NCBI GenBank assembly: GCA_965219995.1
Contig: CBDCOX010000002.1
Span: forward strand, 960,001-1,024,000
Direction: 5' to 3'
Length of the DNA stretch: 64,000 bases
Source of the DNA: Candidatus Latescibacterota bacterium
GTDB taxonomy: Bacteria > Latescibacterota > UBA2968 > GCA-2709665
Below are positions 26,019 through 36,662 of this stretch, in pieces; position 1 is the first letter of the stretch; each line of letters opens with the position of its first letter. The notes beneath the pieces are model-generated. The model was not told the DNA's origin, ran no database searches, and worked only from the letters and a program-made list of their open reading frames with translations. A program made the position numbers and the translations under genes.

Positions 26019-28322
26019 TCACCCTTTCCCGCTGCCCCCGCCATTGTTACTAAAGATCGTCTCCAGGACGCGCCCCGGGGACATGGGCAGGTCGCGCAAA
26101 CGCACGCCGACTGCATCGTAGATCGCATTCGCTACCGCCGCGGGCGGAGGAACGATGGGCACTTCTCCAACGCCTCGCACCCCGTACGGATGGCCCGGGT
26201 TGGGCACTTCGACGATCACCGTTTCGATCATCGGCAAATCCAGGCAGGTTGGCATCCGGTAGTCCAGCAGGCTGGCATTGACCAGGTCGCCCTTGTCGTT
26301 GTAAAAGTATTCTTCGTTCAACGCCCATCCGATACCCTGGGCGACGCCGCCCTGCATCTGTCCCTCCACGTAGGCGGGATGGATGGCCTTACCGGCATCC
26401 TGCACGATAGTGACCCGGAGAATGTCGACCTTTCCCGTGTCCGGATCGACTTCCACGTCCACGACCATAACGGCGTACGCCGGGCCAGCCGCCTTTCCGG
26501 CCACCGCAGCCCGACCCACCACCGGACCGCCCGTGGCGCCAAGTTTACCCGCCAGTTCGGTAAATGTGATGGACTTCTCCGGGGCCGACCGGGACCTGAA
26601 CACACCGCCGTCGAAGGCGACGTCATCATCGGGGATTTCCCACAATCTGGCGGCCCTTGCGACCATCTGGCGCTTCACGTCTTCCGCCGCCTCGTAGCCG
26701 GCCCACCCCGTGGCAAAGGTCACTCGGCTGCCTCCGGTGCCGTCCGTCTGCCCGATAGCGTCGGTGTCTACGACCATCGGCTTCACCTGCTCGGCCGGGA
26801 TGCCCAGCACCTCGGCTACCTGCATGGCGATAGAGGTCCTGGTGCCCCCGATATCGGGCGAACCCTCGACGAGGTTAACTGTTCCGTCGCCATTTACACT
26901 GACCACGACCGTTGACGTGCCTCCCCCATTGAACCAGAACCCGGATGCCACGCCGCGACCCCGATTCGGCCCGTCGAGCATGGACTGATAATGATCCGAC
27001 GTTATGGCCGCCCTTACGCATTCGTCGTGGCCGATGCGGGGAAATACCGGGCCATCGGCCCGCCGGCTGCCCTCTTTGGCGGAATTATTCAGGCGAAACT
27101 CGAGCGGGTCCGTACCGAGAATCTCACAGATCTCGTCGATGACGGTTTCGGCGGCGAATGCGCCGTTGGTGGCGCCCGGCGCGCGGTATGCCGAGGTCTG
27201 TGGTTTGTTCACGACCACATCGTACCCGTCGATGACCACGTTGGGGATGTCGTACGGAGAAAAGATACATCCGGCCCCGGCACCCACGGGCGATCCGGGA
27301 TAGGCCCCGGCTTCATACGCCAGATACGCCTGCGCCGCGACCAGCCTGCCGTCCTTTGTGGCGCCCATCTTTACCGTCATATAAGAACCGGGCGTTGGGC
27401 CCGTCGCTTTCAGAACTTCCGTACGGCTCATCACCATCTTTACGGGCTTGCCCGTCATCCGGGACATGAACGCTGCCGTCGGTTCCTGGTAAACGCGGAA
27501 CTTGCCACCGAATCCGCCACCGATCTCGGCCGGAACCACCCGGACGCTGGACGTGGGCACACCCAGGATGTCGGCGACCTGGTCGCGGACCTCGAAGGGC
27601 CCCTGGGTACTGGTCCAAACTGTAATCTGGTCGTCGAGATTCCAATAGGCCGTCACGTTGTGGGGCTCTATGTAGCCCTGATGCACCGTCTGTGTACTGA
27701 ACTCCCGCTCAATCACGATATCGGCCTCGGCAAAACCTTGGTCGATGTCGCCCAGCGTGTGCTGGAAGTGATTGGCGATATTTCCAGGTTTATCCGTCGA
27801 CTGCCCCAGCGATTTCACCCTCATGGCCTCGTGCAGCAGCGGCGCGCCGTCTTCCATGGCGGGACGGACGTCGAGCACCGGCTCCAGGACTTCGTATTCG
27901 ACGTGGATCAGACCCAGCGCCTCTTCGGCGACATGGCCCGAAGTTGCCGCGACCGCCGCAACCGCATGGCCCTCGTAAAGCACTTTGTCGGACGCCAGTA
28001 CGTTGGTGACCAGGTGGGGCAGACTTACCGAACCCTCTCCAATGTTCGCCACCTTGTCTTCGTAGTGCATCGCGAGGTCCGCTCCCGTCATGACGGCTTT
28101 CACGCCCGGAAGCGCTCTGGCCGCTCCCGTGTCGATTGACAGGATGCGGGCGTGCGCGTGGGGGCTGCGGAGGGTCTTTCCGATCAATACGCCAGACGTG
28201 TGAGTATCCGCGCCGTACTTCGCACGGCCGGTCACCTTGTCCGTGCCGTCGTGGCGGATCGGTCGGGTTCCAACCACATTATAGCGGTCGATGCCGAGGT
28301 AGTCTTCCGTTCTTGTGGCCAT
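26019..28322 (-). CDS. Xanthine dehydrogenase-family molybdopterin-binding subunit (copy 2)
   Basis: [44 protein letters not shown]. Confidence 0.93.
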   Translation of the reverse strand: MATRTEDYLGIDRYNVVGTRPIRHDGTDKVTGRAKYGADTHTSGVLIGKTLRSPHAHARILSIDTGAARALPGVKAVMTGADLAMHYEDKVANIGEGSVSLPHLVTNVLASDKVLYEGHAVAAVAATSGHVAEEALGLIHVEYEVLEPVLDVRPAMEDGAPLLHEAMRVKSLGQSTDKPGNIANHFQHTLGDIDQGFAEADIVIEREFSTQTVHQGYIEPHNVTAYWNLDDQITVWTSTQGPFEVRDQVADILGVPTSSVRVVPAEIGGGFGGKFRVYQEPTAAFMSRMTGKPVKMVMSRTEVLKATGPTPGSYMTVKMGATKDGRLVAAQAYLAYEAGAYPGSPVGAGAGCIFSPYDIPNVVIDGYDVVVNKPQTSAYRAPGATNGAFAAETVIDEICEILGTDPLEFRLNNSAKEGSRRADGPVFPRIGHDECVRAAITSDHYQSMLDGPNRGRGVASGFWFNGGGTSTVVVSVNGDGTVNLVEGSPDIGGTRTSIAMQVAEVLGIPAEQVKPMVVDTDAIGQTDGTGGSRVTFATGWAGYEAAEDVKRQMVARAARLWEIPDDDVAFDGGVFRSRSAPEKSITFTELAGKLGATGGPVVGRAAVAGKAAGPAYAVMVVDVEVDPDTGKVDILRVTIVQDAGKAIHPAYVEGQMQGGVAQGIGWALNEEYFYNDKGDLVNASLLDYRMPTCLDLPMIETVIVEVPNPGHPYGVRGVGEVPIVPPPAAVANAIYDAVGVRLRDLPMSPGRVLETIFSNNGGGSGKG

Positions 28323-28375
28323 TTTGATCCGATCTCCGGAATTGAACGCGCGGCACCCTGCCATGGGGCACGCAT

Positions 28376-30655
28376 TTATGATCCGTTATTCTTCCATAAC
28401 GCTTTCAGGACGTTTCCGGGCGACATCGGCAATACGTTCATTCGCACCCCAACGGCGCGGTAGATGGCGTTGGCGAGAGCCGCCGGCGGCGGCACGATGG
28501 GCGCCTCGCCCACGCCGCGAACACCGTAGGGATGCCCCGGATTCGGAACTTCAACAATGATGGTTTCGATCATGGGCAGGTCGAGGCATGTCGGCATCCG
28601 ATAGTCGAGCAGGCTGGCATTGGTCAACTCGCCGTCATCGTTGTACCAGTACTCTTCGTTCAGGCCCCATCCGATGCCTTGGGCCGCGCCCCCCTGCATC
28701 TGACCTTCCACATATGCGGGATGAATGGCCTTGCCCGCATCCTGCACCATGGTCACCCTCAGAATCTCCACCTTGCCCGTATCCGGGTCGGTCTCGACGT
28801 CGGCGATCATCAGGGAAAACGCGCCCCCGACCCCCTGCGGATCGACGGTCGCACGCCCTACGACGGGCCCGCCAGTCTCGTTGAGTTTTCCAGCCAATTC
28901 CTTGAATGTCAGTGATTTCGAAGGATCGGACCTGGATTTGAACGTGCCGTCTTCGAAAGCCACGTCGTCCGGTGAGATCTCCCAGTATTTCGCGGCGCGC
29001 TCCACCATCTGCGCGATGATATCCTGTGCCGCGTTATAGGCCGCCCATCCCGTGGAAAACGTGACACGGCTGCCTCCGGTGACGTCCGTTTCTCCCACAC
29101 CGTCGGTGTCAGCCACAACCGGGTTGACGTCTTCAGCCGGAATACCAAGAGGTTCGGCAAGCTGCATGGCTACAGACGTCCGCGTGCCTCCGATATCGGT
29201 GGATCCTTCGACCAGACTCACGGTGCCGTCCGTATTCACGGACGCGCACGCACTGGATTTCAGGCCCACGTTGAACCAGAATCCCGATGCCACTCCCCTG
29301 CCCCGGTTTCTGCCCGGCAGCGGCGCCCTGTAGTGGTCGCTTGCCATCGCAGCCTTCAAGACTTCCTCCTGGCCGACGCGGGGAAAGGTCGGCCCGTCCG
29401 CGCGTCGCGTGCCTTCCTTTGCTGCGTTCCTCATTCGGAACTCGAGTGGGTCCTCGCCAAGCCTCTCGCAGATTTCGTCGACAATGGTCTCGGATGCAAA
29501 GGCCGCGTTGGTAGCGCCCGGCGCCCTGTACGCCATGGTCTGGGGCTTGTTCACAACCACGTTGTACCCGTCTATGGCCACGTTTTCAATATCGTACGGG
29601 GCAAAGATGCACATCGCGCCGGGTTCCGCCCACGCCCCGGCGAATCCGCCCGACTCGTAGGCCATGTAGGCCTCCGCGGCCACCAGTTTACCCTGGTTTG
29701 TAGCACCCATCTTCACTCGAATGTAGGATCCGGGGGTGGGGCCGGTGGCCTTCAGCACTTCGTCCCGGTCCATGACCATCTTCACCGGATGGCCGGACTT
29801 TCTGGACAGAATGGCGGCAACCGGCTCCAGGTAAACCCTGATCTTTCCGCCGAATCCCCCGCCGATTTCGGTGGGGATGACCCGGATATTCACAGGCGAA
29901 ATCTGCAGCAGGCCCGCCAACTGCTCGCGTACCGTAAACGAACCCTGGGTGCTGCACCAGACGGTCAGCCGTCCGTCCGGATTCCAGAGCGCCGTGGCAT
30001 TCTGAGGTTCGATGTAACCCTGGTGCACCGTGTCGGTGAAGAATTCCTTTTCAATGACCACGTCGGCCTTTGCGAAACCCGATTCGGTGTCGCCCAGCTT
30101 GTGCTGAAAGTGAGTGGCGACATTGCTCGCCGTACCTGTATCTTCGCCCAGCGATTCCGTGGTTAACGTATCATGCAGGAGCGGCGAACCCGGCTTCATC
30201 GCCTCCCTCACGTCCAGCAACGGCTCGAGAACCTCGTATTCCACCTCGATCAGGCCCAGCGCCGCTTCCGCGATATGCGCGCTCGTCGCGGCCACCGCGG
30301 CCACCGCGTGTCCGTCGTAGACCACCTTGCCGTCGGCCAGCACGTTCGCGCGAAGGTCTACCATATTCGCCGCGCCTTCGCCCAGATCCTCCACCTTCTT
30401 TTCCGGTACGGGTATGTCGTCGACGGTGGTTACGGCCTTGACGCCATGCAGGGATTCGGCCTTGCGTGTATCGATGGATACGATGCGCGCGTGGGCGTGC
30501 GGACTTCGCAACACCTTCCCGTAAATCAAACCGGACATCTGCACGTCGGCGCCATATATTGCCCGCCCCGTGACCTTGTCGACGCCATCGTGCCTGATCG
30601 GTCGCGTGCCCAATACCTTATATTCTTTGATTCCGAGAAAATCCTCGCCTGGCAT
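28376..30655 (-). CDS. Xanthine dehydrogenase-family molybdopterin-binding subunit (copy 1)
   Basis: Same motifs as copy 2; start MPGED overlaps the small-subunit stop. Confidence 0.93.
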   Translation of the reverse strand: MPGEDFLGIKEYKVLGTRPIRHDGVDKVTGRAIYGADVQMSGLIYGKVLRSPHAHARIVSIDTRKAESLHGVKAVTTVDDIPVPEKKVEDLGEGAANMVDLRANVLADGKVVYDGHAVAAVAATSAHIAEAALGLIEVEYEVLEPLLDVREAMKPGSPLLHDTLTTESLGEDTGTASNVATHFQHKLGDTESGFAKADVVIEKEFFTDTVHQGYIEPQNATALWNPDGRLTVWCSTQGSFTVREQLAGLLQISPVNIRVIPTEIGGGFGGKIRVYLEPVAAILSRKSGHPVKMVMDRDEVLKATGPTPGSYIRVKMGATNQGKLVAAEAYMAYESGGFAGAWAEPGAMCIFAPYDIENVAIDGYNVVVNKPQTMAYRAPGATNAAFASETIVDEICERLGEDPLEFRMRNAAKEGTRRADGPTFPRVGQEEVLKAAMASDHYRAPLPGRNRGRGVASGFWFNVGLKSSACASVNTDGTVSLVEGSTDIGGTRTSVAMQLAEPLGIPAEDVNPVVADTDGVGETDVTGGSRVTFSTGWAAYNAAQDIIAQMVERAAKYWEISPDDVAFEDGTFKSRSDPSKSLTFKELAGKLNETGGPVVGRATVDPQGVGGAFSLMIADVETDPDTGKVEILRVTMVQDAGKAIHPAYVEGQMQGGAAQGIGWGLNEEYWYNDDGELTNASLLDYRMPTCLDLPMIETIIVEVPNPGHPYGVRGVGEAPIVPPPAALANAIYRAVGVRMNVLPMSPGNVLKALWKNNGS

Positions 30656-31137
30656 CAGACCGTCTCCTTCATCGTTCGCGCGGTGTCCATCACCGCTCTT
30701 ACGATTTTGTCGTATCCCGTGCAACGGCACAGATTCCCCGCCAGCCAGAGGCGAATCCGATGTTCGTCGGGTTCCGGCTCTCGATCGAGCAACGCCTTTG
30801 CCGCCACGATGAAACCGGGCGTGCAGACGCCGCACTGAAGCGCAGCATGCTCCAGAAATTTCTGCTGCAGCGGATGCAGACCGTCGGAGGTGGCAACCCC
30901 TTCAATGGTCGTAATTTCGCACCCCTCCGCCTCGACGCCCAGCGCCAGGCAGGAGTTGATCACGCGGCCGTTTACAATGACGCTGCAGGCGCCGCAATTG
31001 CCGTTGCCACATCCCTCTTTGGCGCCGGTGAGGCCCAGGTTGTCTCGAAGCACCTCCAACAGCGTGTCTCGCGGTTCACAAAGGAATTCCGTTTCTTCTC
31101 CGTTGACGTTCGTCGTCACATGAACTTTGCCAGCCAT
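30655..31137 (-). CDS. 2x[2Fe-2S] small subunit (CoxS/CutS-like)
   Basis: [27 protein letters not shown]. Confidence 0.95.
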   Translation of the reverse strand: MAGKVHVTTNVNGEETEFLCEPRDTLLEVLRDNLGLTGAKEGCGNGNCGACSVIVNGRVINSCLALGVEAEGCEITTIEGVATSDGLHPLQQKFLEHAALQCGVCTPGFIVAAKALLDREPEPDEHRIRLWLAGNLCRCTGYDKIVRAVMDTARTMKETV

Positions 31138-31190
31138 TTTATGCGTACTCCTTTATAGGCGTATAATCAGGAGATTCCAGCCGCCTGGAC

Positions 31191-32060
31191 TTATCCTGCG
31201 CGTTCCACCGCGCCGCGAACCGCGCGGCGGGTCAGTACTCCGGCCAGGTGAATCCTTTGTTCGATGGTACCGCGCATATCCGTGATGGGACGGGCGGATT
31301 GCCGGGCAATCTCGGCCGCCCTTTCGATCGTCTCGTCAGAAACCTCATTTCCGGCGAGGGCCTCACCCGCCTCGGGCAGGTAGAGAGGGACGGGCGCAAC
31401 CGCGCCCACGGCGATCCGGGCGGACGTAAACGCGTTCTTTTCGGCGTTCAACACCACGGAAGCCGCGGCGTTGACAACGGCGATATCCATTTCGTTCCGG
31501 GGAATGAACCGGAGAAAATACGCCCCCGAGTTGGCAGCCGGCGCGGGAAATCGGACGGAAACCAGGAACTCGCCGTCCTGCATCACGGTTTGCCCCGGCG
31601 CCGTGCAGAAGTCCTCCACCGCGACCTCTCGTTCACCGCCCGGTCCCGCGATTTTCGCCGCAGCCCCCAGTACGATCAGGGTTGGAATCGTATCCGCCGC
31701 AGGCGACGCGTTACACAGGTTCCCGCCGATCGTGGCCCGGCCCTGGATCTGGATGGATCCGATGAGTTCCGTGGAATCCACGAGCGAGGGGTAACTGGAC
31801 GCCACATGCTCGTTCTCGTAAATGTCGCAGCAGGACACCCCGGCGCCGATGGTCAATCCTTCGACGGGATCGAACGACAGTTCGTTCGCCTCGGGTATTT
31901 TCTTGACATCCACCAGCACTTTCACCTGTCTTCGACCCTCTTTCAACTGCGCGATGATATCCGATCCGCCGGCCAGCATCCTGGCCTCCGAACCGTTTTC
32001 GGAGAGCACGGCGACGGCCTCGTCGACGGTCTGAGGCGCTACGTAATCGAACGCATGCAA
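31191..32060 (-). CDS. FAD-binding medium subunit (CoxM/CutM-like)
   Basis: LAGGSD, ATIGGNLCNASPAAD; TTG start after GGAGGAG. Confidence 0.93.
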   Translation of the reverse strand: MHAFDYVAPQTVDEAVAVLSENGSEARMLAGGSDIIAQLKEGRRQVKVLVDVKKIPEANELSFDPVEGLTIGAGVSCCDIYENEHVASSYPSLVDSTELIGSIQIQGRATIGGNLCNASPAADTIPTLIVLGAAAKIAGPGGEREVAVEDFCTAPGQTVMQDGEFLVSVRFPAPAANSGAYFLRFIPRNEMDIAVVNAAASVVLNAEKNAFTSARIAVGAVAPVPLYLPEAGEALAGNEVSDETIERAAEIARQSARPITDMRGTIEQRIHLAGVLTRRAVRGAVERAG

Positions 32061-32229
32061 GGTTTGCTCCTCCTGTACTGTAGTGGGGGAATCTACCGGC
32101 GCCGGCAATACACTTTCGATTGCCGGGGAATGCGCGTAAGAATAAGATTCAGGGGTCGTAATGTCAAGGATTTTCGGGGCGGCTTGAGCGGCGGAACCGC
32201 GCCGGGAGACCTTGCCGCGAGCCCGGGGT

Positions 32230-33372
32230 TTATCGGCGCGAGTTGACAGGATCAGGAGGGCGACAGGCTTTCAGAAGTTCCGCAGTGGGCTCTCGCGCGC
32301 TCAGTACGGTATAGCCCGCGCGGGAAGCCAGAATCTCTGCAGTCCGAAACGACCGTTTCATCTGTTTCAGGTACATGCCCGGTCGCGTGGCGACAACCAT
32401 GAACCTGCCGTCCGGTACCAGGTGTCGGGCGGCGCCCTCCGCAAACTGCCCCGCCGTGGCGACGCCCTGGTGGGTGGGTACATTGCACAGAATAAGGTCG
32501 AAGGACGCTCCCGATGCGGCCTCGAAACCGTCGCTCAGAGCAACACGCGCGTTCGCAAGGCCGTTGCGGGCGACGTTCCGCCTCGCGCATTGAACCGCCA
32601 GCAGGTCCGAATCCAGCAGCAGGACCTCGCGCGCCCGCATCGCGGCCGCGATGCCGATCGCACCGAATCCGCATCCCAGGTCCAGAACACAATGGTGTGC
32701 CCTGACGTCGACAGTATCAATCAGAAACCGGGTGCCGGGATCGAGGCCGTCGCTCGAAAACACGCCCGCAGAGGTTTCAAATGCGATTCTCTCGCCGCCA
32801 GGATCGTTCACGACGAACGAATGCGCCGTATCGACCGGGTCCGCGCCGGGCGCGGCGTTTTTCTTGCTGGACCGATAGATGCGGAGGCCCGATTTCGCGG
32901 ACAGCTTATCAGCGCCTCCGAAAACCGCCTCCAGCCGGTTCCGATAACTTTCAACGCCGGCGTCGCGCCGCCCCGCCAGCAGGAACCGGCCGTGAATCGC
33001 CATTCTCTGAAACGCGGCGTCGATGAGCTGGAACGCTCGCGCCTTGGCCTCCCACCGGGCGGGAGCGTAGAGGACCACGTCGAAACCCGGTCCGGGCACG
33101 TGCGCGGGCGACGCCTCCAGCCAGGCGCACGCATTGGACAGCTTCCTTCTCCGGATTGCGTTGTCGCATCGTCTGACGTCTCGGAGATCGGAACTCACGA
33201 AGTGAATCCCGGCGGCGTTCGCGTCCAGCGCCACGGGTTGTCCGGCCGCCCCCAGATCCAAAACGCGTTCGTGGGTTTCGACAGCCGCTGCCGAAAGCAG
33301 TGCGGAGGCATGCCGGCCGCGTGATTTTCCTGATCTTGCGATCGGTCCTTCCTTCCGAATTCGCGGCGCCAT
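32230..33372 (-). CDS. Two-domain class I SAM methyltransferase (RsmC/RlmG-like); start uncertain
   Basis: GVFSSDGLDPGT, VLDLGCGFGAIG, FDLILCNVPTH. Confidence 0.8.
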   Translation of the reverse strand: MAPRIRKEGPIARSGKSRGRHASALLSAAAVETHERVLDLGAAGQPVALDANAAGIHFVSSDLRDVRRCDNAIRRRKLSNACAWLEASPAHVPGPGFDVVLYAPARWEAKARAFQLIDAAFQRMAIHGRFLLAGRRDAGVESYRNRLEAVFGGADKLSAKSGLRIYRSSKKNAAPGADPVDTAHSFVVNDPGGERIAFETSAGVFSSDGLDPGTRFLIDTVDVRAHHCVLDLGCGFGAIGIAAAMRAREVLLLDSDLLAVQCARRNVARNGLANARVALSDGFEAASGASFDLILCNVPTHQGVATAGQFAEGAARHLVPDGRFMVVATRPGMYLKQMKRSFRTAEILASRAGYTVLSAREPTAELLKACRPPDPVNSRR

Positions 33373-33463
33373 ACCAGGATGGCGTCGGCACGGTTCGATT
33401 GTCGCGGAGATATCCAAACCAATGCTGAACACTGACGCGAGGCTGGAAACGACGGTTTGCGTG

Positions 33464-33510
33464 TTGACTTCTGGCGCCGGGGAAGGTAAATTAATCTAGA
33501 CAGTCTAGAT
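33464..33510 (+). promoter_or_regulatory. TA-operon promoter with palindromic operator
   Basis: TTGACT-17 bp-TAAATT followed by perfect palindrome ATCTAGAC-A-GTCTAGAT (33494-33510). Confidence 0.8.
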
Positions 33511-33533
33511 AGATGACAAAGGAGGAAAGCGCG

Positions 33534-33785
33534 ATGAATACAGTCTGGGCATTGCAGGATGCGAAAAATCGATTGAGCGAAGTCGTGAACAACGCTGTCC
33601 GTGAAGGGCCTCAGACGATTACGCGCAGGGGCAAGGAAACGGCAGTGGTTCTCTCCATGCAAGACTTTCAGCAGCTGACGACCTCGCAGGGCTCTCTGGT
33701 TTCCTTTGTGCGCGAGTCGCCCCTGATTGGAGCGGGCTTGTGTCTGGATCGAAATCGGGATGAAGGCCGAGAGGTTATTCTGTGA
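33534..33785 (+). CDS. Phd/YefM-family antitoxin
   Basis: WALQDAKNRLSEVV...GPQTITRRGKETAVVLS; AGGAGG RBS. Confidence 0.93.
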   Translation: MNTVWALQDAKNRLSEVVNNAVREGPQTITRRGKETAVVLSMQDFQQLTTSQGSLVSFVRESPLIGAGLCLDRNRDEGREVIL

Positions 33786-34216
33786 GATACCTGCTGGATA
33801 CATGCGTCATATCGGAACTGGTTAAGAAGAAACCCTCGCGTCGTGTCATGCAATGGCTGGAACACCAGGAGGAGCTTTCTCTTTTCCTGAGTGTCATCAC
33901 TTTCGGCGAGTTACACAAGGGGATTGGCCGGCTGCAGGCGGGCCGAAGACAGCGTGAACTTCACGAGTGGGTCCAGAGTCAGCTGAGCAAGCGATTTACG
34001 GGACGTATTCTTGAGGTCGATCGGGAAGTCGCCGCCCGTTGGGGCGAGATTTCGGCAACCGCGGAAAAAGCCGGTCGAACCGTTCCGGTTCTTGATGGCC
34101 TGCTGGCGGCCACCGCCCTGACTTCCGGTTTGACGTTCGTGACGCGAAACACGGACGACGTTCGGGCAACCGGGGTACCGGTATTCGACCCCTGGGAAGC
34201 ACCGTCTCTTCGTTAG
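33782..34216 (+). CDS. vapC: VapC PIN-domain toxin
   Basis: YLLDTCVISE, SVITFGEL, DGLLAATA, VTRNTDD; GTGA overlap with the antitoxin. Confidence 0.93.
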   Translation: MRYLLDTCVISELVKKKPSRRVMQWLEHQEELSLFLSVITFGELHKGIGRLQAGRRQRELHEWVQSQLSKRFTGRILEVDREVAARWGEISATAEKAGRTVPVLDGLLAATALTSGLTFVTRNTDDVRATGVPVFDPWEAPSLR

Positions 34217-34233
34217 CCCCCAATGGTGCGAAT

Positions 34234-35052
34234 TCACCCGCTGCGCTTCAGGCGACCGGTCCGTTTGGCGTAGACCTCGGCAATGTGAAAGATCCACAAT
34301 CCCAGGGGGACCATAATCACGCCTGAAACCGTGAGAATGATGAGGTCGCCCTGAACGTCGGCGAGGCTCGCGTTGTCCAGCAGGGCCGTCCGGATGGACC
34401 GGAGGGCGTACGTGCCCGGCGAGAAGGTGGACAGCGGCCGAAGCCAGTCGGGAAGTACCGATACATCGTAGTAAACTCCTGAAATCAGCAGCACAAGCGT
34501 GCCGAAAATATCGGTCGCCCGTGCGCCTTTCTCCGGTGAAAGAAGCGGGAAAACGGCCGCCATAAGTCCCATTCCCAGGAACGAAAGACTGGCCGTGACC
34601 AGGACGGCGACCGCCGTCGTCAGATTCGCGTCGGAGAGGCTCAGATCAAAGAACATTACCGCCGATACGAGGACCACACCGGACCTCAGGAAACCGTAGA
34701 TGATCGCGTATACGCACTGGCCGGCGAGGTGTGTCAGCCTGTAGACAGGCGACATGAACGTGTATTCGATGGTCCCTTCCCAGCGCTCCCACGCGACGGC
34801 GTCCGCCACTTCGAAGAAAAGCAGGCGAAGAAAATTCCAGAGCACCGCGCCCACGATCAGAAACAGCACCGCCTCCCTCACCTTTTCCGGGTCGTCCCCG
34901 CCCATATACACGCCAATCAACCCGATGGTCAACGCGTGGACCACGTTCCAGACAACGAATATCAGTTCCCAGCTCGCGTAACGCCGGGCCAGGTTGAAAT
35001 TCCGCTCGATAAACGCTACCGACGCCTTGATTTCCGCGGTTACCGGGTTCAC
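34234..35052 (-). CDS. ABC-2 type exporter permease
   Basis: WERWEGTIEYTFMSP, SGVYYDVSVLPDWL; six TM segments; GTG start overlaps the ATPase stop. Confidence 0.9.
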   Translation of the reverse strand: MNPVTAEIKASVAFIERNFNLARRYASWELIFVVWNVVHALTIGLIGVYMGGDDPEKVREAVLFLIVGAVLWNFLRLLFFEVADAVAWERWEGTIEYTFMSPVYRLTHLAGQCVYAIIYGFLRSGVVLVSAVMFFDLSLSDANLTTAVAVLVTASLSFLGMGLMAAVFPLLSPEKGARATDIFGTLVLLISGVYYDVSVLPDWLRPLSTFSPGTYALRSIRTALLDNASLADVQGDLIILTVSGVIMVPLGLWIFHIAEVYAKRTGRLKRSG

Positions 35053-35912
35053 GTTCCGTCTCCTTCCACTTCGCCTTCCAGATCGGCATGCGCGAGATCC
35101 ATTCCAGTCATCTTGAAGAAAACATCCTCCAGACTTCCACCAACGCATCCGGCGCGGACCTTCAGTTCGTCGACCGTGCCCATGGCGATAAACCTTCCGT
35201 GGTGGATGATCGACACCCGGTTGCACACCCGTTCCGCCTCGTCCATGTCGTGCGTTGTCAGCAGAACCGTCGCTTCGTGGCGCTCCCGAATGCCCATCAC
35301 GTAATCCTGCACCTGGCGCTTCGAGACCGGATCCAGCCCCGTCGTCGGCTCATCCATCAGCAACAGAACCGGCGACGTAAAGAGCGCCCGGGCCACCGCG
35401 ACCTTCTGCTGCATGCCCCGGGACAGGTCCTCCACCGGCTGGTCCACCCTGTCTTCACCAAATCCCATTTCGGCCAGAATCGCCCTGGCCCGCCGCCGCC
35501 CCTCGCGTACCGGAACGCCGTACAGCCGGGCCGCGTAACTCAGGTTCTCCCACGCGGACAGTTTCTTGAAGAACGCCGCGTCGACGGATACCCGATTGAT
35601 ATAGCGCTTTACACGCATCGCGTCCCGCTCCACGTGCAGCCCGAATACCTGCGCCTCGCCCCTGTCGGGAAAGACCAGGGTCGAGAGGATGCGTATCAGC
35701 GTCGACTTGCCCGAGCCGTTCGGACCCAGGATACCGAAGATCTCTCCCCGCTGCACCTCAAACCCGACGCTGTCAACGGCCAGGATTTCCTTCCGGCGAC
35801 GCCTGAATCTGCGAAGGAATCCGTTTGCGCCGCTGGTTTCGTTGTCGGGCACTCGGAAAACCTTGGTCAGGTCCGTCGCCCGAACCGCAGGCGCGTCAAA
35901 ATCGATCGCCAA
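35049..35912 (-). CDS. ABC-2 exporter ATP-binding protein
   Basis: GPNGSGKS, LSRGMQQK, LLMDEPTTGLDP, TTH; TTG start after GGGAG. Confidence 0.93.
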   Translation of the reverse strand: MAIDFDAPAVRATDLTKVFRVPDNETSGANGFLRRFRRRRKEILAVDSVGFEVQRGEIFGILGPNGSGKSTLIRILSTLVFPDRGEAQVFGLHVERDAMRVKRYINRVSVDAAFFKKLSAWENLSYAARLYGVPVREGRRRARAILAEMGFGEDRVDQPVEDLSRGMQQKVAVARALFTSPVLLLMDEPTTGLDPVSKRQVQDYVMGIRERHEATVLLTTHDMDEAERVCNRVSIIHHGRFIAMGTVDELKVRAGCVGGSLEDVFFKMTGMDLAHADLEGEVEGDGT

Positions 35913-36042
35913 TGCCGATCTCCCTTTCCTCGCAACGGCCGCTACCGTCCCGATGCGCCGACGCCGGATTGAGCTCGGGCTTTCCGGTCCCGCGGGCGGG
36001 TATCGGAGAAGCAGCAGCCTTCCTGGTATTGCAGTCAGGAAC

Positions 36043-36068
36043 AAAAACGGATGCGCCTTCGCGCATCC
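36043..36068 (-). terminator. Rho-independent terminator or attenuator hairpin
   Basis: GGATGCGC-GAAG-GCGCATCC-GTTTTT. Confidence 0.8.
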
Positions 36069-36181
36069 TGGTGTTTTCCGGCCTTACATCACCCACAAAT
36101 TCGGAACCACCCCACGCCAGCGCGCCGGAACGCTTTCATCAACAAGGCATTCCCCCCTGGGCCGGGAACGATATTGCGCGT

Positions 36182-36619
36182 TCAGCGCCCCTTCTGCCCA
36201 TCGTAGGAATTCCGCTCCGTGACCTCCGTTGATACGGGCAACCCCGAATCTCTCCATCCGGGAGCTTCCACCATTCCGGTTGCGGGGTTCACCTTGCCGC
36301 CGAAACCCCCGACCACGTTTGCCAGGTTCGTGTACCCTGCTTTTTCAAGCATCTGCGCCGCATACTGTGAACGCACGCCCGACTGGCAGCCGCAATAGAT
36401 CTTCGTCTCCCGGCCCAGCACGCCATCCACTACGGCCTGAAAATCGGGATTGGGCATCATGCCGCCCGCCGGACTCTGAAAGGCGACCGGAATATTGACG
36501 GCGCCTTCGGGGTGCCCCGCGGCGAATTCGGCTTCGGTACGCACATCCAGGTACACCGCGTCGGCATCCGCGTCGAGGCCCGCCTTTGCATCGGAAGGAA
36601 CAACCTGCTCAATTGCCAT
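36182..36619 (-). CDS. Rhodanese-like domain protein
   Basis: LDVRTEAEFAAGHPEGAVNIP, GCQSGVRS active-site loop. Confidence 0.9.
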   Translation of the reverse strand: MAIEQVVPSDAKAGLDADADAVYLDVRTEAEFAAGHPEGAVNIPVAFQSPAGGMMPNPDFQAVVDGVLGRETKIYCGCQSGVRSQYAAQMLEKAGYTNLANVVGGFGGKVNPATGMVEAPGWRDSGLPVSTEVTERNSYDGQKGR

Positions 36620-36662
36620 GGGCGAAACTTCCCTTCTTGTTATCGCTACCGCTAAAGATGGT

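Noticed and set aside
26019-30655. Aerobic CO dehydrogenase (coxMSL)
   Set aside because: The active-site loop is AYRAPGA, without the Cu-binding Cys motif, and there are no coxDEFG genes.
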